NCBI GenBank assembly: GCA_038886995.1
Contig: JAWALG010000015.1
Span: 1 to 23,635 of the forward strand
Direction of reading: 5' to 3'
Length of the DNA stretch: 23,635 bases
Source of the DNA: Candidatus Iainarchaeum sp.
GTDB lineage: Archaea; Iainarchaeota; Iainarchaeia; Iainarchaeales; DTGL01
Positions 15,332 to 23,635 of this stretch are shown here, piece after piece (the stretch's first letter is position 1; each line of letters begins with the position of its first letter). The position numbers were made by a program, and so were the translations under genes. A model generated the notes under the pieces. The model was not told the DNA's origin, searched no databases, and was given only the letters and a program-made list of their open reading frames with translations.

Positions 15332-17122
15332 CTATATCAAGCCATCCTTTTTGCTTGTCTTCTTTTTCGGGTGTTTAGCAGCAGCTTCTTCTATGTGCAT
15401 CATCATCTCGCTGTGCAAAGCTCTTATGCGCGTAAGTGAACCACTATGCAAATATTCCATAACTTCTTTCACAACGATGTTTGAGGCAGCAGCTTCTGGC
15501 AGGCAAACAAAATCAGCATTTTCTGCGTAAAGCTCTTTCGCTTCTGCAAACGAATGCGCTCTTGCAAAAACAACCATTGCTGGGTTTTCCTTTTTTGCAT
15601 ATTTTAGCAATTTGACAGCTGAATCAAAGCTTGGAACGGCTATTATAACCACCTTAGTATCTTTAATCTTTATCTTTCTCCACAAATGCTCATTGTCAAT
15701 TTCCCCGTAAACAGCAGAAATCCCCTCTTTTTTAAGTAAGGAGATAACATCAGGATCGTGGTCTAGCACAATCGGATTCTCGCTTTTGAGGAATCTTGCA
15801 AGAGAGCCACCCATTATGCCTCCGCCAGCAATGATGACCTTTGATGACAATTCCTTTTCTTCAAATACGCTTTCCAGATTCCTGCTGAAAAACACGGAAA
15901 ATTTTTGCCTGTTCCAAGGCATTTTCTGCAATGTGCTTTCAATCGTTCTTCTGTATTTGAATATGTAAGGCGTAACAATCATCGAGAGGCCAATGACAAA
16001 GATTACTGTTGAATGAAAATCACCAGTAAGGGCCCCTGCGCTATGCCCTTGGCTTGCTAGGAGGAATGAGTATTCCGACACAGGAATAAGGCAGAAAGCC
16101 ACTGATGCTGCAATGTCGTTTCCATAGCCAGCAAGCATAGTTATCCAATAGGTGATGAATGGCTTCAATAAGAAGATGACAATTATTGCGAGCACTATAA
16201 CTGCTGTTGCCGCAGGCAAAGAGAATATATTTAGCTGCATGCCTAGAGTTACAAAGAATATTGTTACAAAAAAGTCCCTGAGTCCTCTTATCTCATTTGC
16301 CACTTCTGCACTGTATGGAAGCGCCGATAAACTAACACCCGCTATGAAAGCACCTATTGCCATGGGCATACCAAATGTTTCTGATATAAACATAAATGCG
16401 AAGCATACTGATATCGGTGCAAGAAAAAGCACCTCAGTGTTACCTGAAAGCCTTTTGAAAACTGCTGGGTAAATAAACCTGTTTAAGGCAATTGCAAGGA
16501 AGAGTAAAGTAGCGCCGAAAACAAAAACATCAAAGATAATTTGGCCATCTAACGCAAAGCCAATTTTTAGAAGTAATGGCATCATTAAAACAATGGCTGC
16601 GTCTTGCACTAAGGATATGCCAAGCATAAGCCTTCCATGTATTGTGTTTATACTGAAACTATCTGAAAGCAGCTTTAGGATAAGCATTGTTGATGAGCAT
16701 GATAAGATGACTCCCAAATATAATGACTCTGAAAAGCTAAGGCCGCTTATTGCTAAGCCCAAAAGCATTGTTATGGCCACAGTCAAAAGAACCTGGACAA
16801 AGCCACTAACGATTATAACAGTGCCAAGATTTTTTAGCTTGAAGAGGTTTGATTCAACTCCGACAGAAAAAAGCAAGAAAGCCACACCGAGCTGGGAAAG
16901 CAGGGCAACATTTGATATATCAAGTTTTGGAAAAAAAGATGTTGTTAAACCAAAACTACTTGAAATAAAAGAGATAAAATATGGCCCTATTATTATTCCG
17001 CCAAAGATATAGCCAACTAAAGGAGGTTGCTTCGCTTTCCTTGCAAAGAAGTTCATAATTGTGGCTGCAAGGAGTATTAAGCCAAGCTGCCAGAAAACAG
17101 TTGAGAAATCAGCCTGTGCCAT
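15332..17122 (-). CDS. CPA2 cation:proton antiporter (KefB/KefC-like) with C-terminal TrkA-N/KTN domain
   Basis: QPPLVGYIFGGIIIGP, LGVAFLLFSVGVE, SSTMLILKLL, VQD, GAFIAG, LRDFFVTIFFVTLG, IIAGGGIMG, VFARA. Start 17122 (or up to 17149). Confidence 0.93.
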   Translation of the reverse strand: MAQADFSTVFWQLGLILLAATIMNFFARKAKQPPLVGYIFGGIIIGPYFISFISSSFGLTTSFFPKLDISNVALLSQLGVAFLLFSVGVESNLFKLKNLGTVIIVSGFVQVLLTVAITMLLGLAISGLSFSESLYLGVILSCSSTMLILKLLSDSFSINTIHGRLMLGISLVQDAAIVLMMPLLLKIGFALDGQIIFDVFVFGATLLFLAIALNRFIYPAVFKRLSGNTEVLFLAPISVCFAFMFISETFGMPMAIGAFIAGVSLSALPYSAEVANEIRGLRDFFVTIFFVTLGMQLNIFSLPAATAVIVLAIIVIFLLKPFITYWITMLAGYGNDIAASVAFCLIPVSEYSFLLASQGHSAGALTGDFHSTVIFVIGLSMIVTPYIFKYRRTIESTLQKMPWNRQKFSVFFSRNLESVFEEKELSSKVIIAGGGIMGGSLARFLKSENPIVLDHDPDVISLLKKEGISAVYGEIDNEHLWRKIKIKDTKVVIIAVPSFDSAVKLLKYAKKENPAMVVFARAHSFAEAKELYAENADFVCLPEAAASNIVVKEVMEYLHSGSLTRIRALHSEMMMHIEEAAAKHPKKKTSKKDGLI

Positions 17123-17127
17123 GCCTC

Positions 17128-17595
17128 TCATACCGGCTTTTTTTCGCACTTATTTTTACTATTTGCAACTGCAAGGGTAAGGATTATTGCTATTATTGCG
17201 GTTAAAAGGCCTCCTTCATCAATGCTGTTGTAGTCAAACCTCGGCTTGTTGATATTAAAAAAAGTAGTGTGTACATGTCCATCAAGCGACTCAAGCACCA
17301 AACAGTGTATGCCTGGCGGATATTCACCAATGTCTGCTGAAGTGTTGCAAGATATTGTCGACTGAGAGATAATGTAGTTTATATCATAGCAGTTTTTTTC
17401 TTCATATGTTGAGTATCTAACATTAGTGCCTGAGCCAACTCTATTGCCGTTTTCATCATAGCATTCGACGTAAAGAGCTACCCTATTTGTATCTGTTATG
17501 GTGACATTTGCGTCAGTGATAAATGTCCTGGCTGAAGCAATACCGCAAAAGGCGACTATAACAAATAACAGTAGCTTGCATTTTTTCTTGAGCAT
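17128..17595 (-). CDS. Secreted/membrane-anchored hypothetical protein with C-terminal TM anchor
   Basis: Signal peptide MLKKKCKLLLFVIVAFCGIASA; beta-rich body with 4 Cys; SIDE motif, TM helix, then basic tail. Confidence 0.75.
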   Translation of the reverse strand: MLKKKCKLLLFVIVAFCGIASARTFITDANVTITDTNRVALYVECYDENGNRVGSGTNVRYSTYEEKNCYDINYIISQSTISCNTSADIGEYPPGIHCLVLESLDGHVHTTFFNINKPRFDYNSIDEGGLLTAIIAIILTLAVANSKNKCEKKPV

Positions 17596-17689
17596 AATTA
17601 CCTTACTAATGATTGTTTTAGGGGTTTATTAACTTTACTGCACATTAAAAAAGCTAAATTTTTAAAGCCATTTATGCAAAAATTGTAAC

Positions 17690-18253
17690 ATGGAGGCGAT
17701 GTCAAGAGGGCAGATAATTTCAGTAATATTGTTATCTGTGCATTTCCTGCTTTTCGCCTTCTTAGGGGCATTTTTTGTTTTCACAGGCCCGTTTTTTTAT
17801 TCAATCAGGCCCGGACACGAGCTTTGGGGCCAGATGGTTAAACAGTTGGAATCAAACCCAGAATTTATGAGGCTTATTGAAAATGAGGGTGTAAGTGCTG
17901 AATCTTTTTTGATTGAAAACCTTCCGCTTCTCGGGACTGCCTTTATTTTTATTGGCTTGTTTATGGTCATAATTGCAGTGTTAAGCATTTTGTCTGCCAT
18001 CTTTATATACAAAGGAAAAAATTGGGCAAGGTATTTGGGTCTAGTATCTGTAATTTTTGGAATGCTTATCCCCGGCTTTTTAGCTTTTCTAAGCATACCA
18101 GGCCTTTTTTTGTTGCTAATGGCTTTCATAGTAATATACTTCCTTTTCTTTGACAAGGAAACCGTGGCTGTTTTTAGCAAAGAGAGTTCTTCAGCGGCGT
18201 TAAGTAAAGTGGATGATAATAGCCAAGAGAAAGCCAAAGGGAAGCTGAAATAA
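17690..18253 (+). CDS. Hypothetical integral membrane protein (about 4 TM)
   Basis: Hydrophobic helices and a YKGKNWAR motif. Confidence 0.8.
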   Translation: MEAMSRGQIISVILLSVHFLLFAFLGAFFVFTGPFFYSIRPGHELWGQMVKQLESNPEFMRLIENEGVSAESFLIENLPLLGTAFIFIGLFMVIIAVLSILSAIFIYKGKNWARYLGLVSVIFGMLIPGFLAFLSIPGLFLLLMAFIVIYFLFFDKETVAVFSKESSSAALSKVDDNSQEKAKGKLK

Positions 18254-18286
18254 GGCAAAATAAATCTACGCTTATTAATAGTTTAG

Positions 18287-19537
18287 TTAATAGAATGGAA
18301 AACTTTTGCATAATAGCTGCACTTCTTTTGCGACTTCTTTAATATTGGAATCGCTGTGTGGATCCGCAAGCACACGATGGATTAAATAAGCAATTTCCTT
18401 CATTTCGCTTTCCTTCATACCTCGCGTGGTAAGCGCTGGTGTGCCGAGGCGTATTCCGCTTGGGTCAAAAAGCGAGCGCCTATCATAAGGTATAGCATTT
18501 TTGTTGCAATAGATACGTGCCTTTTCAAGAACTTTTTGTGCCTCTCCGCCGCTTATGCCTTTATTTGTTAGGTCCACTAGCAAAAGGTGATTGTCAGTGC
18601 CGCCTGAAACAAGCCGAAAGCCAAGGGCAATAAGCTCATCTGCAAGAGCCCTTGAGTTTTTAACTATTTGTTTGGCATATTTCTTGAATTCTTCAGTTGA
18701 GGCCTCCTTAAATGCAACTGCTTTTGCTGCAATTACGTTTTCATGAGGCCCACCTTGGAGAAAAGGAAAGACTGCCTTATCCACATTCTTAGCATGCTCC
18801 TCTTTGCACATTATTGCTGCGCCTCTTGGGCCACGAAGTGTTTTGTGCGTGGTAGTAGTTACGATGTCATAATAAGGTGCGGGGTTTTCATGAACGCCTG
18901 CACAGCAAAGCCCAGCAATGTGTGCAATATCTGCCATTGCATAAGCACCAACAGAATCTGCAATCTCTTTAATCCTCCTGAAATCTATTGCACGAGGGTA
19001 TGCAGTATAGCCAGCCAAGATAAGCTTTGGCTTCTCCTCTCTCGCAAGCTTTTCAATAGCATTATAGTCGAGCATCTCGGTTTCTGGATCAAGCACATAA
19101 TGCACCGCTTTAAATAACTTGCCTGAAAAATTTGCAGAATGCCCATGCGTTAGGTGCCCACCCATGTCAAGCTTCATTGCCATAAACTTTTCGCTAGGCT
19201 CCATAAGTGCAAAAAATGCAGCCATGTTTGCTGGGGCGCCACTAAGAGGCTGGACATTTGCATGCTCTGCAGAAAATAGCTTTTTTAAGCGTTCTATTGC
19301 AAGCTTTTCTATCTCGTCTATTATTTCGTTGCCACCATAATACCGCTTTCCAGGATAGCCCTCGCTGTATTTGTTGGTTGCAACGCTGCCTAGCGCTTCG
19401 AGCACCGCTTTGCTTACAAAATTCTCGCTAGGAATAAGCTCAAGGCCTTCCATCTGCCTCTTTTGTTCACGGATAAGTAGATTGTGTGTAAGAGGGTCTA
19501 CTTCCTTCAACCTTTTTTGCTTCCTCAAATGAACCAC
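18287..19537 (-). CDS. glyA: Serine hydroxymethyltransferase (bacterial/THF type)
   Basis: LELIPSENF, KYSEGYPGKRYYGG, GGHLTHG, DIAHIAGL, TTTTHKTLRGPRG (PLP Lys), SGGTDNHL, SGIRLGTPALTTRG. Start GTG 19537 or TTG 19528. Confidence 0.97.
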   Translation of the reverse strand: MVHLRKQKRLKEVDPLTHNLLIREQKRQMEGLELIPSENFVSKAVLEALGSVATNKYSEGYPGKRYYGGNEIIDEIEKLAIERLKKLFSAEHANVQPLSGAPANMAAFFALMEPSEKFMAMKLDMGGHLTHGHSANFSGKLFKAVHYVLDPETEMLDYNAIEKLAREEKPKLILAGYTAYPRAIDFRRIKEIADSVGAYAMADIAHIAGLCCAGVHENPAPYYDIVTTTTHKTLRGPRGAAIMCKEEHAKNVDKAVFPFLQGGPHENVIAAKAVAFKEASTEEFKKYAKQIVKNSRALADELIALGFRLVSGGTDNHLLLVDLTNKGISGGEAQKVLEKARIYCNKNAIPYDRRSLFDPSGIRLGTPALTTRGMKESEMKEIAYLIHRVLADPHSDSNIKEVAKEVQLLCKSFPFY

Positions 19538-19552
19538 TTTGTTGCCAAACTA

Positions 19553-22500
19553 TTACCTGCAGGCACCGTCTGAACAACCACCTGTGCAGGTTATGGTTGT
19601 ACTGCTAAGCGTCCCAGTTGAACTACAGAAGTATTCGTTCAAGTATGTGCCATCTTTGCAATAGTCCGTGTTTGGAATGCCTTGCCAAGTTGTAGTTCCC
19701 TTGACATATGCGTTTGGACCTCCATCACTATCCCAGCAGCTTCCATCATCAGTGGTTCCACCACTACCAGTGCCACTTCCAGAGCCGCTACTGCTGATTT
19801 TACAAGCCCCATTTTCGCAAACACTAGGGCAAGTTATTACAGTATAATATGGTTGGTCATTTTGGCAGAAATACTCAAAGACATTTTTGCTATCCTGGCA
19901 AGAGTCCGTATATGATTTACCCTCATATGTAACAGTTCCTTTTTTAGCACCGTTCATTCCGCCATCACTATCCGTACATTTATTTTGTGTCCCACTGCTT
20001 GAGCCACCAGGTGAATTACCCGAGGAGTCACCCAAACCACCACTAGATCCACCACTCTTGCCAGAACTACTGCTCACGCACGCCCCATCAGAACACCCAT
20101 AAGGGCAACTATATGTTGTTGATCGTCCTTGATTATTTTCGCAGTAGTATTCATTTACAACGCTTCCATTGCAGAAATCAGTATAAGTTTGACCACCAAA
20201 TGTTACGCTGCCCTTTGAATTGAAATTCTTTCCTCCATCAGTGTCATTGCACACTTCTGGCGAAGAGCCCTGCACGCAAGCACCATCTTTGCATGTGTAT
20301 CCCGTTGGACAATATTCCTCACTAACCGCAGTCATTCCCCCACTGCAGAAATATTCTACAACTTTGCTACCCCCGCAGCTACAGTGATCTGTTGAAAGTT
20401 TTCCATTTTCATTAACAGTTCCTTTTTCATATACATTTCTTCCTCCATCACTATCTGAGCAGTTTGAAGATGGTTTTGCCTCTACAAATGCACCATCTTT
20501 GCAGACATAGTTGTGGGGTGTTGGGTACTCTTCCATCTCGGCGTTGTTCCATACACAGTAATATTCATATAACTTCGTTCCGTCTGCAGAGCATTTGTCA
20601 ACATAAGAACCTTTTGGATCAGTTGTTGTTCCTCTGACATAATAATCCCTGCCTCCGTCACTGTCTGTACATGTTGTTGGTTGGCCAGTGTCTTTTTGGC
20701 ATGCGCCATCGATGCACCTATAGCCAGTTGGGCAGGTTGTTGTGTAATATTTAACGCTGTTAGTGTCACAACCAGATGCAGAGGTTTCACAGTAATGTTC
20801 CATAATACCCCCACTGCTTGTACATATGTCAGGATAGTAATTGCCATTGAATTCTACTACCCCTTTTATGAATATTTCTTTACCTCCATCGCTGTCTGTG
20901 CAGCCGGCTGCTTGTGATGGCTGTGCGCATTTTCCACTAACACAGCTGTAGCCAATAGGGCATGTGAAAACACTTGATTTTGGCTGGTTGTTCTCACAGT
21001 AATATTCCGTTAGCTGGCTTGTGCTTCCCGGCTCGCAGTAGTCAGAAAGAGTTTGGTTGTTGTAGGTTACTTTACCAAATGTGAATATGTCCCTTCCACC
21101 ATCGCTATCTGAACAGGTTGGCTGTTGTCCACTATCAGTGCCACCGCTACCACCGCCATCTGGTACGCAAGCGCCATTAACACACTTATAGCCACTTTCG
21201 CAGTTTACTACCTTGCTTAGTATAGTGTCCAAATCAAAGCAATAATATTCTACAAGTTTACCGTCTGCAGTGCAGTAGTCAGCATATGTGAAACCCATGG
21301 CACTAGTCGTCCCCTTTACTTTATAATTTTCCCCTCGGTCGCTATCGGTACATGTTGAGCACATGTAACAATTGCAGCCATCGCAGCACATTGTTTCCAT
21401 ATTAAATAATATTTTGCAAGTTGTGTCGCTGCTGCACTGGCAGGTTGGTTGGGGCTTTGGCGTGCTTGGTTTGTTTTGGTCCGGTTTATTCTGATCACCA
21501 CCAGAGGAACCTTCACAAAGTCCTTTCTCAGTGTTACATGTTTGCCCAGCAGGACACCCACAGTTTATTTGTCCACCGCAGCCATCAGCAAAAGTTCCGC
21601 ACTTGCCTTTATAATCATCGCATGTTTTTAATTGGCATCCACCACCGGCACAAACACTATTTACACAGCTACCATATACATAGCAGTTGCATTGCGTATC
21701 AATCTTGCAAATAACTGCTTCTGTGCAGTCACAAGTTCTGGTTAGGCCGCCACCATATGCTGTCTTGCATTCAGCAATACTTTTATAGCAAGCTGGGCAA
21801 ATAGGTGAGGGGCTAGGTTGCGTAGAGGGTCTATTTGTATCTGTGCTTTCACACAAACCATTGTTGCATCCCTGAAATTTCATGCAGTTACATTCAGAAT
21901 TATATCCGCAGATTACAGCCGCAGCACAGTTACATTTCGATGTAAAACCAGAGCTATTTGCTGAGACGCACTGAGAAGCGTCTTCATAGCAATCAGCACA
22001 ATTAGCTGAAGGTGGGGTTTTTTGCTGCTTTGGTACGCAAACACCTGCTGAAAGAGTTGTCGAGCACTCTTCATTTGCGGAGCAGATGTTTCCACAAGAT
22101 ATTGTTCCATTGCAACCGTCATCTAAGACCCCACAAACACCTCTGCCAGCATAGTATGCACAAGACCTTTTTTGGCACGGGGTTTCCGTCGGTGGAACAC
22201 AATTTTTTCCTTCACAAACCCAACCACTCCTGCTGCAGTCGTCCTGTACACCCTCTTCTCCGCAACTGTTCTTCCAATATAATACATTGCCTTTGCAGTA
22301 ATAATCTATTACCTCACATTTTCTTTCATTGCTAATACAGTTGCATCCATCGCATTTTTGGCCTTCGGAACACTCTGTGTCATCAACGCATTCACAGGCC
22401 TTTTTTGGCTCAGGCAGCTGGAATGCTCCATAAACAGTATATTCTGCACCATGTAGCACAGGTACTTCTCCGCTGAATATCTTTTTCTTTTCTTGGTAAG

Positions 22501-23392
22501 GAGCTACAGCAAGCTGTGTTATGCCCGCAACCCAGTAGGCACCTCTATTTTTCATATTTTCGCTTACTGTCTGCATCTTCGCTATCTGCTGGCCATATTT
22601 TAGCTTTTCGTTGTATGGAACAAAATAAGCGCTGTATGTTCCTTGGCTTATAAGGCCTGGCGACTCAGAGTAACTTATTTCTTTTAAGTACAAGTCGGCA
22701 TAAGCAACCTGTATCTTAATCGTTGTCGGTATTACTCCGTTAAGAGCGCATGTTTCTTCGCAAACACTTGATACCTCAACATAATTAAACCTTGATACAA
22801 GCGGGTAAATCTCATAAATCAAGTACTCTTTCCCTGAGTTGTCCCTTAGCACAAGCCTCGCGTAGCCATTTTCTTGCCTAAATCTCACAGTGGCTTTAAT
22901 AGTCATACTATAAATGGCTTTTCCAATATCCAAGTCGTAGTAATAGAAGCCCTCCTCTGTGAATGATTGGTTCACATCAATGCTCTTTTTCTTTCCTACC
23001 GCTGCTTCAAAATAGTCTGCCTTATCCTCATAGACAGTTGCCCTTGCTGAGACCAGGCCTGTGGGATAATTTCCACTGTTGTCTCTTACATATGCATGAT
23101 ATAAGTATGAGCCAGGTGTTTTTTGCTTCACTTCCCATGTGTTTGAGCATTCTTTTTGTATGCCTTCACACTTATATTCATGCCAGACACCATTGTAGTA
23201 AAGGGCGATCAGCTCAATATCATAGTTATCATAGCCAGTTACGGTAACTAACATTGGCTCATTCACACCAACAGCTCGCGGCTTTACCGAAATTTCAGCA
23301 TATGGATATACTTTCACTTCCGCAAAACAAAAAGAAAAAAACAATGCAAATAAAACAAAACATAATAGCTTATACGCTTTCATTTCTTTCAC
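19553..23392 (-). CDS. Large secreted Cys-rich repeat surface protein (signal peptide, Ig-like domain, C1A-peptidase-associated pro-region, Cys modules, 8 DSDGG repeats)
   Basis: 1279 aa; N-terminal signal peptide; abundant patterned Cys; Gly/Ser and Pro linkers; no C-terminal TM anchor. Confidence 0.9.
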   Translation of the reverse strand: MKEMKAYKLLCFVLFALFFSFCFAEVKVYPYAEISVKPRAVGVNEPMLVTVTGYDNYDIELIALYYNGVWHEYKCEGIQKECSNTWEVKQKTPGSYLYHAYVRDNSGNYPTGLVSARATVYEDKADYFEAAVGKKKSIDVNQSFTEEGFYYYDLDIGKAIYSMTIKATVRFRQENGYARLVLRDNSGKEYLIYEIYPLVSRFNYVEVSSVCEETCALNGVIPTTIKIQVAYADLYLKEISYSESPGLISQGTYSAYFVPYNEKLKYGQQIAKMQTVSENMKNRGAYWVAGITQLAVAPYQEKKKIFSGEVPVLHGAEYTVYGAFQLPEPKKACECVDDTECSEGQKCDGCNCISNERKCEVIDYYCKGNVLYWKNSCGEEGVQDDCSRSGWVCEGKNCVPPTETPCQKRSCAYYAGRGVCGVLDDGCNGTISCGNICSANEECSTTLSAGVCVPKQQKTPPSANCADCYEDASQCVSANSSGFTSKCNCAAAVICGYNSECNCMKFQGCNNGLCESTDTNRPSTQPSPSPICPACYKSIAECKTAYGGGLTRTCDCTEAVICKIDTQCNCYVYGSCVNSVCAGGGCQLKTCDDYKGKCGTFADGCGGQINCGCPAGQTCNTEKGLCEGSSGGDQNKPDQNKPSTPKPQPTCQCSSDTTCKILFNMETMCCDGCNCYMCSTCTDSDRGENYKVKGTTSAMGFTYADYCTADGKLVEYYCFDLDTILSKVVNCESGYKCVNGACVPDGGGSGGTDSGQQPTCSDSDGGRDIFTFGKVTYNNQTLSDYCEPGSTSQLTEYYCENNQPKSSVFTCPIGYSCVSGKCAQPSQAAGCTDSDGGKEIFIKGVVEFNGNYYPDICTSSGGIMEHYCETSASGCDTNSVKYYTTTCPTGYRCIDGACQKDTGQPTTCTDSDGGRDYYVRGTTTDPKGSYVDKCSADGTKLYEYYCVWNNAEMEEYPTPHNYVCKDGAFVEAKPSSNCSDSDGGRNVYEKGTVNENGKLSTDHCSCGGSKVVEYFCSGGMTAVSEEYCPTGYTCKDGACVQGSSPEVCNDTDGGKNFNSKGSVTFGGQTYTDFCNGSVVNEYYCENNQGRSTTYSCPYGCSDGACVSSSSGKSGGSSGGLGDSSGNSPGGSSSGTQNKCTDSDGGMNGAKKGTVTYEGKSYTDSCQDSKNVFEYFCQNDQPYYTVITCPSVCENGACKISSSGSGSGTGSGGTTDDGSCWDSDGGPNAYVKGTTTWQGIPNTDYCKDGTYLNEYFCSSTGTLSSTTITCTGGCSDGACR
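19556..21352 (-). repeat. Eight tandem ~60-aa CxD(S/T)DGG...KG...D.C...EY(Y/F)C...C...C..GAC protein repeats
   Basis: Repeat starts in the translation: CTDSDRG, CSDSDGG, CTDSDGG, CTDSDGG, CSDSDGG, CNDTDGG, CTDSDGG, CWDSDGG. Confidence 0.93.
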
Positions 23393-23551
23393 CGTGGTGC
23401 TTTTTAGTTCTAAATTTTAAGTGCATTGTAGTATAAAAATTTTTGTTTTATGGTGTTAAGAAACCATTTTTTGTTTGTGATGTCAACAGAAATCCTTTTA
23501 AATAATGATTCCCAAATAAAATAACGAGTCAGCTAAGCAACGGTGGTTATA

Positions 23552-23635
23552 ATGGAAACAAAAAAATATTCCTTTTGCTTATAGCCCTTGCTTTTGTTGT
23601 GCTTCTTTATTTAGTTTTTTTCAATTTTTTGGCTC
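23552..23635 (+). other. 5' end of a probable membrane/secreted protein gene, out of frame at an A7 run
   Basis: GGTGG SD then ATG 23552 reads METKKYSFCL*. A -1 shift at A AAA AAA (23560-23566) gives METKKIFLLLIALAFVVLLYLVFFNFLA, a typical N-terminal TM/signal helix. Confidence 0.55.

Noticed and set aside
18287-19537. Bacterial-type GlyA as a sign of contamination or recent transfer
   Set aside because: Composition matches the flanks, and bacterial-type SHMT is common in folate-using archaea.
19556-21352. Recurring DNA words such as ccatcactatc as a possible CRISPR or DNA repeat array
   Set aside because: They are degenerate codon-level echoes of the DSDGG protein repeat within one ORF; there are no identical repeats with spacers and no cas genes.
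199-23436. Many antisense or alternate-frame ORFs in the track (e.g. 199-693, 3841-4395, 9509-9943, 12828-13268, 16593-17012, 17797-18258, 20482-20847)
   Set aside because: They lie wholly within confidently identified genes, have no recognisable motifs and show shadow-ORF composition.

Overview
Gene-dense, AT-rich archaeal chromosome segment, shown by TFB, L35Ae, tRNA-intron endonuclease, a histone and archaeal TrpRS. The Cys-rich DSDGG-repeat surface protein, bacterial-type GlyA and short Glu/Leu dehydrogenase suggest a DPANN lineage, plausibly Iainarchaeota/Diapherotrites (inference). About 27 genes or gene fragments, four of them missed by the ORF track: a GT2 5' end (1-126), a CxxC-x17-CxxC zinc protein (1811-1975), a short histone (8229-8402) and a frameshifted membrane-protein start at the right edge. 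No CRISPR, tRNA/rRNA or mobile element was seen. Main leads: (1) a 1279-aa secreted protein that appears to carry a papain-family (C1A) pre-catalytic/propeptide region but no catalytic domain, followed by mirror-ordered Cys modules and 8 DSDGG repeats; (2) a structured ~175-nt leader RNA before the CxxC-x17-CxxC gene; (3) tandem uridine-kinase paralogs with a shared basic N-terminal extension, one broken by a 1-nt frameshift; (4) an EndA lacking the catalytic Lys and probably starting at ATA; (5) an arginine-synthetase (ArcE)-like ATPase; (6) an AbrB-like/winged-helix protein divergent from tfb. All family assignments are from motif recognition by eye; no searches were run.
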